Shown: piece after piece, positions 27,802 to 37,105 of the stretch
How positions within the stretch are numbered: the first letter of the stretch is position 1
Layout: every line of letters begins with the position of its first letter
NCBI GenBank assembly: GCA_012798115.1
Contig: JAAZNV010000009.1
Location: 10,156-74,155, forward strand
Origin: a candidate division WWE3 bacterium
GTDB taxonomy: Bacteria; Patescibacteriota; WWE3; UBA101185; UBA10185
DNA length: 64,000 bases
Direction: 5' to 3'
Program-made: the position numbers and the translations under genes
Notes under the pieces: generated by a model
The model's input: only the letters and a program-made list of their open reading frames with translations
What the model was told of the DNA's origin: nothing
Databases searched by the model: none

Positions 27802-30201
27802 TTAAAACGGAAAGTTTGTTCGGTTTATGCTTGGTTCTTCTTGTGAGGCAGGTTCTTCTGAAAGTCTTCTGTTAATGAACTCTTCAACTTCTTGAACAGG
27901 AGTTCCATATTTTATTCTTGATAATTCTCTAATCTCGTCTGCTACCCTAGGATCTTTTTTGACAGAAGATAGGTCATTCCAATCTATCCATAAAGAAAAG
28001 GGTGGGGAAGGCTGCCCTCTTACTAAAAGCCTCATATAAGCATTTCCTGTTGGAAGATTGCTTAAATCTTGTTTTGTAAATGTTGGTGCAAACTGAGGTT
28101 CTAAAAATTCTGCATCTTCTACACCGACTCTAAAAGAACATATTGTTCCAACGTTTCCAAACACAGCTTCTTTTATATCTTCTTCAAGTTGTTGAATAAA
28201 CTGATGTGCTACAGTCAAATTAAGCTTGTATTTTCTAGCTTCTGAAAGGATAGTAGCAAAATCAGGTGTGGCAAAATTTTGAAACTCATCTACATACAAG
28301 AAGAAATTAGGAAAATCTCCATGAAGCTTGTGTCTTCTTAACGCTGATGCAAGTATTCTTGGGACGAACAATAATCCGATAAAGTTGGAGTTTTCTTCAC
28401 CAATTTTCCCTTTTGCAAGGTCCACCAAAAGTATTTTCTTCTCAGCCATTATTTGGTCAAAGTTGAATGAGGATTTAGGTTGTCCAATTATATTTCTCAT
28501 AGTTTTATCTGTTGTAATTCTGTCGAATTTAGACACAAAGTATCCCATTGTTTCGCCTTTCCTACTTGCTGTTGTTTTAGCCATCTCATCTGTCCAGTAT
28601 CTTCTAACAAGAGGATCAGTTAGCTTGTCTAAAAATTTCTTGGAGTAGCTCTCGTCAATAAATAATCTCAAAACATCTATCATTGTTGCTTCTGGATCAA
28701 CCATTGCAGTAAGCATCACATTTCTAATTGATCTCTCAAGAAGAGGGCCCATTATTCCTTGCTTGTTTGGATCATATAGTTTGTAGAGTAGGGCAATAAA
28801 TGCATTTATTATCATATTTTTTTCTTCATCAGTTTGAGCTTCAAGTAAGTTGAGTCCTAAAGGCCTTTCCGTATCTGCAGCATCAAACAAAATGACATCC
28901 TCTTTCCTTTCTGGGGGTATTTTTTGAAGTAGCTCGTCAATGTCTGTTCCATGGGGGTCAATAATTGCAACCCCTTCTCCTCTTTTAATATCTTGGAGTG
29001 CGCACCACATTAAGAATTGAGACTTTCCAGATCCTGTTTGTCCAACTATATACATATGTCTTGTTCTATCTTCGTCAAGCATATGAATTTCCTTTTCCAC
29101 TCCTCTAAATATACTTTTCCCTAAGAAGATTCCTTCATCTGGTAGCTCTACTGGAGCAGAGGATTTTCTAGCGATAAGCCACAAAATATTGGGTGTACCA
29201 ATGTCTTTGTTTGGAAAATGAAATACTGTAGCCATTTCTATATTGTTTAATACAGAAACGTTTGAGTATAACTGTATGCTAAGCATTGGAATGTTTATGT
29301 TTTTAATTCTTAATCTTCTGTATATGAAATCATTTACGTATTTTTTGGGGGATATTAAGAATCTTCTTACAAATCTGTTGTATGAAACATCTGTAAACTG
29401 TTCAAATGCCCCTACCATATTATGCATTTGAGAATCTGCAGTCATCTTATCACTTGCAACTGATACTATTCTTATTTTTATATAAAACCCTGGATTGGAT
29501 ATCTTGTTCTCAACTCCTTCAAGAAACTTTTCATCTATATTTATCTTCTTGTCTGGATTTGCTGCTTTTGCTCTAACATTAGATATAAATCTTCTACCTG
29601 CCATTCTCCAATCATCATCTGCAGGTTGGATTACGTACTGAACAGCAGTTACTTGATCCACCCTCATTTTACTCATAGCTGATGTTATAGGGCTTAAAGA
29701 ATCACTCTTTAAATCTTCATATTGTTTTATTGGATAGAAAGCAGGTCCTTTGAGCTTTAACTCTGTAATTCTAGTAAATTTTCCTCTATCCCATACTTCA
29801 TGTGGTTTTACTATATCTACTTGAGCAGCAGGGTACGCTGCATTTATTTGTTTTTCCACAAGAGATGCAATTTCATCAGGTGTTACGACGTAAAAAGCTA
29901 TTCCTTCTGCCTTAGAAACTATTTCAAAGGATATTCTATATTGCCCTGTAAATAATGCTTTCCAAAAACCTTTTTTAAACCCAATGAGGCTAGAAAACAT
30001 ATGTTCTGCGGCTTTTATTTCTATCTCATTGTCATTAGGTAAAAGAACTTGAAAAAACGTTAAGTTATATTGTGTTTGTTTCTCCTTTCTTTTCCTAAGC
30101 CATGAAGCAACTCCTAGAGTGATAAATGTCAATAAAAACACAGAAACTATCAAGTAAATAGAAATCCAAAATGTATTGTATAAAGTGTTATTTACTTCCA
30201 T
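27802..30201 (-). CDS. VirD4/TraD/HerA-like membrane-anchored ATPase
   Basis: N-terminal TM; 'RHMYIVGQTGSGKS', 'IIDPHG', 'LYVDEFQNF', 'SEARKY...AHQ'. Start 30201 or 30210. Confidence 0.9.
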   Translation of the reverse strand: MEVNNTLYNTFWISIYLIVSVFLLTFITLGVASWLRKRKEKQTQYNLTFFQVLLPNDNEIEIKAAEHMFSSLIGFKKGFWKALFTGQYRISFEIVSKAEGIAFYVVTPDEIASLVEKQINAAYPAAQVDIVKPHEVWDRGKFTRITELKLKGPAFYPIKQYEDLKSDSLSPITSAMSKMRVDQVTAVQYVIQPADDDWRMAGRRFISNVRAKAANPDKKINIDEKFLEGVENKISNPGFYIKIRIVSVASDKMTADSQMHNMVGAFEQFTDVSYNRFVRRFLISPKKYVNDFIYRRLRIKNINIPMLSIQLYSNVSVLNNIEMATVFHFPNKDIGTPNILWLIARKSSAPVELPDEGIFLGKSIFRGVEKEIHMLDEDRTRHMYIVGQTGSGKSQFLMWCALQDIKRGEGVAIIDPHGTDIDELLQKIPPERKEDVILFDAADTERPLGLNLLEAQTDEEKNMIINAFIALLYKLYDPNKQGIMGPLLERSIRNVMLTAMVDPEATMIDVLRLFIDESYSKKFLDKLTDPLVRRYWTDEMAKTTASRKGETMGYFVSKFDRITTDKTMRNIIGQPKSSFNFDQIMAEKKILLVDLAKGKIGEENSNFIGLLFVPRILASALRRHKLHGDFPNFFLYVDEFQNFATPDFATILSEARKYKLNLTVAHQFIQQLEEDIKEAVFGNVGTICSFRVGVEDAEFLEPQFAPTFTKQDLSNLPTGNAYMRLLVRGQPSPPFSLWIDWNDLSSVKKDPRVADEIRELSRIKYGTPVQEVEEFINRRLSEEPASQEEPSINRTNFPF

Positions 30202-30514
30202 GGGCAGCAAATCCTTTTAATGCTTCTTTTTCTTCTAGTGAAGCTAGGCTAGTAATTTTATCTGTTTTATCTAGCAGCTCCGTTTTTGTTTTTGGCTCTA
30301 ACTCTTCTGTTCCTATGAGCGATGAGATAGAATGATCCCCATTACTGTATTCTTGCTGGGGTACTTCTTCTTTTGCTATTGTTAGTACTGTGTCTGATTC
30401 TGCGCTACCTCCATCTTCTGGTATTATTCCAGAAACAAATTCTCGTGAAGCTGCTTGTTGTATGGAATCAGATTCTTCTTGTGGAACTTCACCAATAACA
30501 GGTAGTTTAATCAT
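30188..30514 (-). CDS. Acidic hypothetical protein
   Basis: 108-aa ORF with TGCTAAAAT 6 nt before ATG. Confidence 0.6.
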   Translation of the reverse strand: MIKLPVIGEVPQEESDSIQQAASREFVSGIIPEDGGSAESDTVLTIAKEEVPQQEYSNGDHSISSLIGTEELEPKTKTELLDKTDKITSLASLEEKEALKGFAAHGSK

Positions 30515-30570
30515 AGAAATATTTTAGCATTAACAAGGAGAAAATTAACAATTTAACAATGTAGTGTAAA

Positions 30571-30975
30571 TTATCTTCTTTTAGTTCCTTTGAAATATCT
30601 CTTTCTTATCTTGTCTGCTTCATCTTCAACTGACTCTGAAAAATCTTGTATAGTGTCCATGATAGGACCTTTTTCTTTTTCAAATTCCTTCTTTGCCTTT
30701 TCTATTTTTTCTTTCGTTTCTTCGATCATTGGTTCTGTTTGTTCTTTAAGATCCTCGTACTTAACCTTTGCTTTTCCATACTCAACCTTAGCTTTCTCTG
30801 CATACTTCTTACCTTTATCTTCATATTCCTTTGCAATTTTCTTAACTTTCTTTCTTGTTTCTTCTCCTTTATCTGGAGCAAAAAGAACTCCAAATATAGT
30901 TCCAGCTATTGTTCCCCAAAACAACCCTTTGAAAAAAGAACCACCACTTCTACGATGATAATGCCTATCTGTCAT
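30571..30975 (-). CDS. YtxH-domain protein
   Basis: 'FFKGLFWGTIAG...LFAPDKGEETRKK'. Confidence 0.9.
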   Translation of the reverse strand: MTDRHYHRRSGGSFFKGLFWGTIAGTIFGVLFAPDKGEETRKKVKKIAKEYEDKGKKYAEKAKVEYGKAKVKYEDLKEQTEPMIEETKEKIEKAKKEFEKEKGPIMDTIQDFSESVEDEADKIRKRYFKGTKRR

Positions 30976-31257
30976 TTATATTTCCTCCTCATCATAATCA
31001 TCTTCGTCCTCAAAGGCCCCAACTATAGATCTGATGGTTTTTAAACCTTTTGATATTCCTCCAGCAATTCCCATAACTGTGGTCATAGGTATAGCTAGAG
31101 ATGAGGTAATTTTTTTACCTATCTTGGATATTTCTTTAACGTTTTCTGCAGTTTCCTTTATATCTTTTAAGACAAATATCAAATACAACGAAACAGCTGT
31201 TAAAGAAACAATAAAAACTATTAAGGAAATTGTTAAAATTATTTGTAGTGTTTCCAT
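30976..31257 (-). CDS. YtxG/DUF948-like small membrane protein
   Basis: TM followed by an amphipathic helix; directly upstream of the YtxH gene. Confidence 0.6.
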   Translation of the reverse strand: METLQIILTISLIVFIVSLTAVSLYLIFVLKDIKETAENVKEISKIGKKITSSLAIPMTTVMGIAGGISKGLKTIRSIVGAFEDEDDYDEEEI

Positions 31258-31360
31258 AGGCAGTTTAATAAGTTAAGTATAATCCTGCTTTTAAATTATA
31301 GTCAATGTTTTGATATACTCTTAAGAGTTTAGAAATTTAAAATTGGAAGGGGTGTTTTAA

Positions 31361-31600
31361 ATGGACGATAATTTAACACAAGCAATACCAACAGACCAAG
31401 CGCAAGATACAGGACTACCACCTCAAGATGGTAATTCTGCAATCCCAGCAATGGATTCAACAGAAGAAAAAGTAGAAGAACCTACATTAGAAGAAGCTCC
31501 TATAACAGAGGCTCCTTTGGATGAAGGTTTAGAAGAGCCTGAAGAAGAGTCCTTTGAGGATGAAATAGTTGATGATGATTCTGGTGATAGCAAGCTTTAA
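31361..31600 (+). CDS. Acidic, probably disordered small protein
   Basis: D/E/P-rich 79 aa; purine-rich SD-like element; followed by a terminator. Confidence 0.65.
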   Translation: MDDNLTQAIPTDQAQDTGLPPQDGNSAIPAMDSTEEKVEEPTLEEAPITEAPLDEGLEEPEEESFEDEIVDDDSGDSKL

Positions 31601-31634
31601 GTTCTGGTTTTTGTTTAACAAGTCTTGTTAAAGA

Positions 31635-31661
31635 AAGAAGGGCGCTTGAGGCGCCCTTCTT
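31635..31661. terminator. Bidirectional intrinsic terminator
   Basis: Perfect 11-bp stem AAGAAGGGCGC/GCGCCCTTCTT between convergent genes. Confidence 0.85.
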
Positions 31662-31681
31662 ACGTGAACCTTAAGTAACTC

Positions 31682-33565
31682 TTACTCAACTACTTCGCCT
31701 TCAACAGGTTCATCTTTCTTATCTTTATTACCGTCTTCTGGATCTTTTTGCTCATTAGAATTGCCTTGCTCTCCTTGTTTATACATGTATTGTCCAATCT
31801 TTTGCATTGATAGAGAAAGTTCTTGAGTTTTTTGCTTTAAAGTTTCTGCTGATGCAGTTTGAAGATTGTCTTTAATATCTTTTACTTTATCTTCAATTTC
31901 CTTTTTAACATCTGCTGGTATTTTATCTCCAGCTTCTCTCAGTGATTTTTCTGCTGTATAACACAAACCATCTGCTTGATTTCTTGCTTCAACTTCTTCT
32001 TTTCTCTTTTTATCTTCTTCAGCATGAGATTCTGATTCTTTTACCATCTTTTCAACTTCTTCTTTTGATAATCCAGTTCCTCCTTGGATTGTTATCTTTT
32101 GTTCCTTTCCTGATGCTTTATCTTTTGCAGTAACATTTAAGATACCATTGGCATCAATATCAAAAGTAACTTCAACTTGAGGCATACCTCTTGGAGCTGG
32201 AGGAATTCCATCAAGAATGAATCTTCCAAGAGATTTATTGTCGGAAGCCATTTCTCTTTCTCCCTGCAATACATTTATTTCAACACTTGTTTGATTATCA
32301 GCAGCAGTAGAAAACACTTGGCTTTTTTGTGTTGGAATAGTCGTATTTCTGTTTATAAGAGGAGTGGAGACACCCCCAAGGGTTTCTATACCTAATGTCA
32401 AGGGAGTTACATCGAGTAAAAGTACATCTTTTACATCTCCTGCAAGTACGCCTCCTTGAATTGCTGCACCTACAGCAACAACTTCGTCAGGGTTAATGCT
32501 TTTATTTGGTTCTTTACCAAAAAAGTCTTTAACAATTTGATTAACCTTAGGCATTCTCGTCATTCCTCCAACTAAAACTACTTCGTCTATCTGGTTCTTT
32601 GAAAGACCTGAGTCTTTTAAGGCATTTTCAATAGGAGATATTGTCTTTTGGATTAAGTCATCCACCAGTTGTTCTAGTTTAGATCTGGAGAGTTTGATAT
32701 CTAAATGTTTAGGTCCGCTCTTGTCTGCTGTGATAAACGGGATATTAATTTCAGTTTCCATTGTTGAAGAAAGTTCTATCTTAGCTTTTTCTGCTGCATC
32801 CTTAAGTCTTTGCATTGCTTGTCTATCACTAGACAAGTCAATTCCGTTTTCTTTCTTAAATTCCTCAAGAAGGTAGTTTATTACTCTTTGATCAAAATCA
32901 TCCCCACCAAGATATGTATCTCCATTTGTAGCTTTTACTTCAAAGACGCCATCTCCAATCTCAAGTACTGATACATCAAAAGTTCCACCCCCAAGATCAT
33001 ATACGACAATCTTCTCATTCTTTTTCTTATCAAGACCATACGCTAAGGATGAAGCTGTGGGCTCGTTAATGATTCTTTTGACTTCAAATCCAGCTATCTG
33101 GCCTGCTTCCTTTGTAGCTGTTCTTTGGGAATCATTAAAGTATGCAGGAACTGTGATTATTGCTTCTGTTATTTTTTGGCCTAAGAAAGTTTCAGCATCA
33201 GATTTCATTTTAGCCAATATCTTTGCAGATACTTCTTGAGGTGTGTAAGTTTTTCCTTCTATTTCTACACATGCAAGACCGTTTTGTCCTTCAACTATCT
33301 CATAAGGATAGTTCTTCTTTATTTTTTGAACCTCAGGGTCTGAATACTTTCTACCCATTAATCTTTTGATTGAAAAGATAGTGTTTTTTGGGTTTACCAC
33401 TTGTTGTCTTTTTGCTGGAACACCAACTATGTTTTGGTCTGGCACTACTATTGAAGGAGTAGTGTTTCCACCTTCCACGTTTGGTATTACTTTTGTGGTG
33501 CCACCCTCCATTACAGCCATACAGCTGTTAGTTGTTCCTAAGTCTATTCCTAATATTTTTGACAT
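31682..33565 (-). CDS. dnaK: Chaperone DnaK
   Basis: 'GIDLGTTNS', '[11 protein letters not shown]', 'DLGGGTFD'. Confidence 0.99.
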   Translation of the reverse strand: MSKILGIDLGTTNSCMAVMEGGTTKVIPNVEGGNTTPSIVVPDQNIVGVPAKRQQVVNPKNTIFSIKRLMGRKYSDPEVQKIKKNYPYEIVEGQNGLACVEIEGKTYTPQEVSAKILAKMKSDAETFLGQKITEAIITVPAYFNDSQRTATKEAGQIAGFEVKRIINEPTASSLAYGLDKKKNEKIVVYDLGGGTFDVSVLEIGDGVFEVKATNGDTYLGGDDFDQRVINYLLEEFKKENGIDLSSDRQAMQRLKDAAEKAKIELSSTMETEINIPFITADKSGPKHLDIKLSRSKLEQLVDDLIQKTISPIENALKDSGLSKNQIDEVVLVGGMTRMPKVNQIVKDFFGKEPNKSINPDEVVAVGAAIQGGVLAGDVKDVLLLDVTPLTLGIETLGGVSTPLINRNTTIPTQKSQVFSTAADNQTSVEINVLQGEREMASDNKSLGRFILDGIPPAPRGMPQVEVTFDIDANGILNVTAKDKASGKEQKITIQGGTGLSKEEVEKMVKESESHAEEDKKRKEEVEARNQADGLCYTAEKSLREAGDKIPADVKKEIEDKVKDIKDNLQTASAETLKQKTQELSLSMQKIGQYMYKQGEQGNSNEQKDPEDGNKDKKDEPVEGEVVE

Positions 33566-33579
33566 ATTTTCCTCCTTAA

Positions 33580-34041
33580 TTATTTACCAACTACTACTTT
33601 GGCTGGTCTTAATAATTTTCCATTTAATAAGTAACCATTACTTAGTACTTTTAAAACTTTGTCTTTTTCACCTTCACCAGTCTCAACAGCTTCCATTTCA
33701 TTTGAATTAAAATCCTTTCCCAATGCTTTTATCTCTTCAACGCCCATAAATGAAAGTGTTTGCTTAAAATCTTTTAATGTTAGTTCTAAACCTTTATCTT
33801 TAATGTGTTCTCCAATTTTTTCTAAGTTATCCAAAAATGGAAGGATATCTTCTATTGTTTGTTTTTTTATATAAAAAGCTAGTTGTTCCTTATCTTCTAA
33901 TACTCTTTTTTCTAAATTTTTGTAATCAGCTAGTGCTCTTTTCCAATTATTCTCCAAGTCTTTCACTTTTCCTTCTAAATGTTTAATGTGTTTTTGGCAC
34001 TTTTCTAGCTCTTCAATTTTTTTGTCTTTCACTTCTTTCAT
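33580..34041 (-). CDS. grpE: Nucleotide exchange factor GrpE
   Basis: '[12 protein letters not shown]', '[16 protein letters not shown]'; start at MKEVKD. Confidence 0.95.
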   Translation of the reverse strand: MKEVKDKKIEELEKCQKHIKHLEGKVKDLENNWKRALADYKNLEKRVLEDKEQLAFYIKKQTIEDILPFLDNLEKIGEHIKDKGLELTLKDFKQTLSFMGVEEIKALGKDFNSNEMEAVETGEGEKDKVLKVLSNGYLLNGKLLRPAKVVVGK

Positions 34042-34067
34042 ATTTGAATCCAGGCAGTGAGTATCTA

Positions 34068-34790
34068 TTACCAAGAACCACCTAGTTCTTCCAAAAGTTT
34101 CTTAGTATATTTGACTATTGGAATTATTCTTGAGTAGTTCAGTCTTGATGGTCCTAAGACTGCAAGATAACCTCCCTTTTCACCTATCTTAAATGGTGTA
34201 AAAATTATTGTACCTTTTTGTAGATTTTCTGTTGGAATTTCGTCCCCAATTAGTGTGTAAATATCTTGTCCTGGAGCAACACTTTGAAATATTCTGTCTA
34301 ATATTTCATAGCTATCTAATATTCTTAATGCTGATTTAGCAATGTCTATATCCCAAAATTCTTTGTATTCAAGAACATTAACTGCTCCTGCATACGTTAC
34401 AAAACCTTCGTTTGTTGTTGCTATCGATAGGCATCCTGTTGCTTCTGACATTGCAAGGGTAGTTTCTCTAAGTAGTTTTTCTACCTCAAATCTATTTGTC
34501 CAAAGCCTTTGTTTTAAAGCTACTTCTTGAAGTACTGGTAACTCTTCTTCTTGCATCATTTCTTCTATGTACATTTTGTATGCCATTTTGGTTGGAACTC
34601 TCCCAGACGATGTATGAAGCATTTCAAGAAAACCCATGTCAATGAGTTTTGCCATTTCATTCCTTATTGTTGCTGGAGAGCAGTGTAAGTTATGGTTTCT
34701 GACTATCTCAACAGACCCAACGGGTTCTGCTGTGTTTATGTAGTCATCTATTATTGCTTGAAGTAGTTCTATTTGTCTTTCTGTTAACAT
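34068..34790 (-). CDS. hrcA: Heat-shock repressor HrcA (short)
   Basis: 'YINTAEPVGS', 'SPATIRNEM', 'HTSSGRVPT', 'LGPSRLNY'. Confidence 0.95.
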   Translation of the reverse strand: MLTERQIELLQAIIDDYINTAEPVGSVEIVRNHNLHCSPATIRNEMAKLIDMGFLEMLHTSSGRVPTKMAYKMYIEEMMQEEELPVLQEVALKQRLWTNRFEVEKLLRETTLAMSEATGCLSIATTNEGFVTYAGAVNVLEYKEFWDIDIAKSALRILDSYEILDRIFQSVAPGQDIYTLIGDEIPTENLQKGTIIFTPFKIGEKGGYLAVLGPSRLNYSRIIPIVKYTKKLLEELGGSW

Positions 34791-34791
34791 A

Positions 34792-34827
34792 TTATCAGTA
34801 ATATACCATGAGTGCTAAGAGTGTCAA
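34792..34827 (-). promoter_or_regulatory. hrcA promoter with degenerate CIRCE
   Basis: TTGACA-N16-TATATT; TTAGCACTC-N9-TACTGATAA (right arm matches GAGTGCTAA at 6/9). Confidence 0.8.
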
Positions 34828-34945
34828 CCCCTATTTGCAAAACATTATGCGGTATCCGATCAGATTGTATTGCTGACTTTAAAATGAGGGACTGCATTAG
34901 GGAGAAAATACTAGAAAAAGACAAAGTGAAGAAGTAATAAAAGAT

Positions 34946-34973
34946 TAGCCAATCTAAAACACCTGATTGGCTA
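34946..34973. terminator. Hairpin at lepA stop
   Basis: 9-bp stem TAGCCAATC/GATTGGCTA. Confidence 0.6.
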
Positions 34974-36752
34974 TTTTGTTAGTATCTGTCTAAATGCTTC
35001 TTGAGGTATATCTACTTTTCCTATCCTCTTCATTCTTTCTTTCCCTTTCTTTTGAATGTCTAAAAGCTTATCCTTTCTTTCTCTATGTCCACCAGACATT
35101 TTGGCAAGCACATTCTTCCTTAGTGCTGGTATATCTTCTCTTGAAATTATCTTTCCTCCAACTGCTGCTTGGAGAGACACTGCAAATTGTTGTCTTGGAA
35201 TAACATCTTTAAGTTTCTTAAGAAGGGATTTTCCTATTACATCTGCCTTTGATCTTAAAACAACGTTAGATAAAGGTTCCACTATACTTCCATGAACTAA
35301 AATATCTAATTTTACTGCATCGACAGCTCTATAATCCAAGAATTCGTAATCCAAACTTGCAAATCCAGAAGATACACTTTTCAAGTCATCAAAGAAATTA
35401 TAAATAAGCTCGGAAAGAGGAAGTTCATATTCAAAGACTATATTGTTTTCATTTGGATACTCCATCTTTTTTAATATTCCTCTTCTGTCATTGCACAAGG
35501 ACATAACATTTCCTGAATATTGAGAAGGGCATATAATTGTGCACAGTATCCAAGGCTCCTTGATTTCTTGGATGCTTGATCTGTCTGGGAGGTCTGATGG
35601 TGTTCTAACATAAAGTGTTTCTTCTTTTGTATTTAAGATTTCATATTCCACTGCCGGGGTAGTGGATATTAAGTTTAAGCTATACTCCCTTTCTAATCTT
35701 TCTTGAATAATATCTGCATGAAGAAGGCCCAAAAAACCACATCTAAATCCAAATCCTAATGCAGAGTTGCTTTCTGGTTCATAGTACAGTGATGAGTCTG
35801 AAAGAGATAACCTTTCTAAAGCTTCCCTTAATTGGTTAAACTTTGAATTATCTATTGGATAAAGAGATACAAATACAAATGGTTTTACCTCTTTATACCC
35901 AGCTAGGGGAGTTGCAGGCTCATTTTCCCAGCATACGGTATCTCCAACCTTAACAGAATGAATATCTTTTAAACCTGTTGCAATGTATCCAACCTCTCCT
36001 GTTTTAAGAGAGTTTGTCTTGAATCGTTTAAGCTTAAAATAGCCAACTTCTTCTGGGATAGATGCTTTTCTTGTAGCTAAGAACTTTATCTTTCTTCCAT
36101 TTTCTATATTGAACTCTCCATCTACTACTTTTATTGCAGCAACTACGCCAAGATATTCATCATAAGCTGAGTCAAAGATTAATGCTCTTGAAGGGCTTTT
36201 TTCCATTCCAATTGGAGCTGGAATTACCTTAATTATCCTTTCTAGCATTTCTTTTACCCCCTCACCTGTTTTTGCAGATACCTTTAAAATGTCTTCTTTC
36301 TTGAAACCAAATGTACTTGAAATATCTTCTTCAAGTGTTTCTACATCACCAATGTTCATATCTATTTTGTTTATTACAGGAATAATTTTTAAATTAGCCT
36401 CCTTGGCTTTATAGTAGTTTGATACTGTTTGAGCTTGTATACCTTGTGTTTTATCAATTAGAAGTACGGCTCCTTCACAGGCTGCAAGAGATCTAAATAC
36501 TTCATATGTAAAGTCTACATGCCCGGGGGTATCAATAAGATTTAGTTGATAGTCTTTATATTGCATTCTTACTGCCTTAAGTTTTATTGTTATTCCTTTT
36601 TCTCTTTCTAGATCCATTGAATCAAGTGTTTGTTTTACTATATTTCTTTGATCTACAGCATGTGTTATTTCTAATAATCTATCTGCTAAGGTAGATTTTC
36701 CATGATCTATGTGGGCTATTATACAAAAGTTTCTAATTTGAGACTGATTCAT
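34971..36752 (-). CDS. lepA: Elongation factor 4
   Basis: 'IRNFCIIAHIDHGKSTLADRL', 'GFRCGFLGLLH'; start MNQSQ has TATAAT 6 nt upstream. Confidence 0.99.
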   Translation of the reverse strand: MNQSQIRNFCIIAHIDHGKSTLADRLLEITHAVDQRNIVKQTLDSMDLEREKGITIKLKAVRMQYKDYQLNLIDTPGHVDFTYEVFRSLAACEGAVLLIDKTQGIQAQTVSNYYKAKEANLKIIPVINKIDMNIGDVETLEEDISSTFGFKKEDILKVSAKTGEGVKEMLERIIKVIPAPIGMEKSPSRALIFDSAYDEYLGVVAAIKVVDGEFNIENGRKIKFLATRKASIPEEVGYFKLKRFKTNSLKTGEVGYIATGLKDIHSVKVGDTVCWENEPATPLAGYKEVKPFVFVSLYPIDNSKFNQLREALERLSLSDSSLYYEPESNSALGFGFRCGFLGLLHADIIQERLEREYSLNLISTTPAVEYEILNTKEETLYVRTPSDLPDRSSIQEIKEPWILCTIICPSQYSGNVMSLCNDRRGILKKMEYPNENNIVFEYELPLSELIYNFFDDLKSVSSGFASLDYEFLDYRAVDAVKLDILVHGSIVEPLSNVVLRSKADVIGKSLLKKLKDVIPRQQFAVSLQAAVGGKIISREDIPALRKNVLAKMSGGHRERKDKLLDIQKKGKERMKRIGKVDIPQEAFRQILTK

Positions 36753-36799
36753 GAGGTGATTATACATAAAATCCTAAAAAGGAGCTTATATTAAAATAA

Positions 36800-36829
36800 A
36801 AGTGCGAAGTTATTTATTTCTCCGCACTT
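36800..36829 (-). terminator. Terminator of orphan 36835-37044
   Basis: AAGTGCG/CGCACTT stem followed by a T-run on the minus strand. Confidence 0.6.
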
Positions 36830-36834
36830 AAATG

Positions 36835-37044
36835 TTAAGTACTCTCTACCTTTTCAATACCTGGCTGATCTTTTAGGAAAATAATTATTTCCTCAGCCAT
36901 TTTCTTAGAACAGCTTAATTTGAGCTTCGTTCCATTTTCGTAGTTCTCCCCAACCACTGGTATCGCAAACTTTCTTATCAAAAAGAGTTCAAGATTAGGG
37001 TTGCAAGGTTCAACCCAAATGTATTGCTTACCAAAGATACACAT
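36835..37044 (-). CDS. Orphan 69-aa protein
   Basis: TTGATT-N17-TATAAT promoter and AAGGAG SD precede ATG37044 (MCIFGK). Confidence 0.7.
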   Translation of the reverse strand: MCIFGKQYIWVEPCNPNLELFLIRKFAIPVVGENYENGTKLKLSCSKKMAEEIIIFLKDQPGIEKVEST

Positions 37045-37105
37045 GAACACTCTCCTTCTTGTATGTTTAGCAGAGATTATATAGATATGATACTTTTTAA
37101 TCAAA

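Noticed and set aside
27802-30210. Conjugative element (ICE)
   Set aside because: No relaxase, integrase or att sites; this ATPase type is typical chromosomal CPR content.
30590-31276. Plus-strand hydrophobic ORFs; likewise most short overlapping ORFs in the track
   Set aside because: Antisense shadows of K/E-rich real genes, with no expression signals.
34831-34945. Short ORFs or RNA between hrcA and lepA
   Set aside because: Only 9-17-codon ORFs, and no structure beyond the lepA hairpin.
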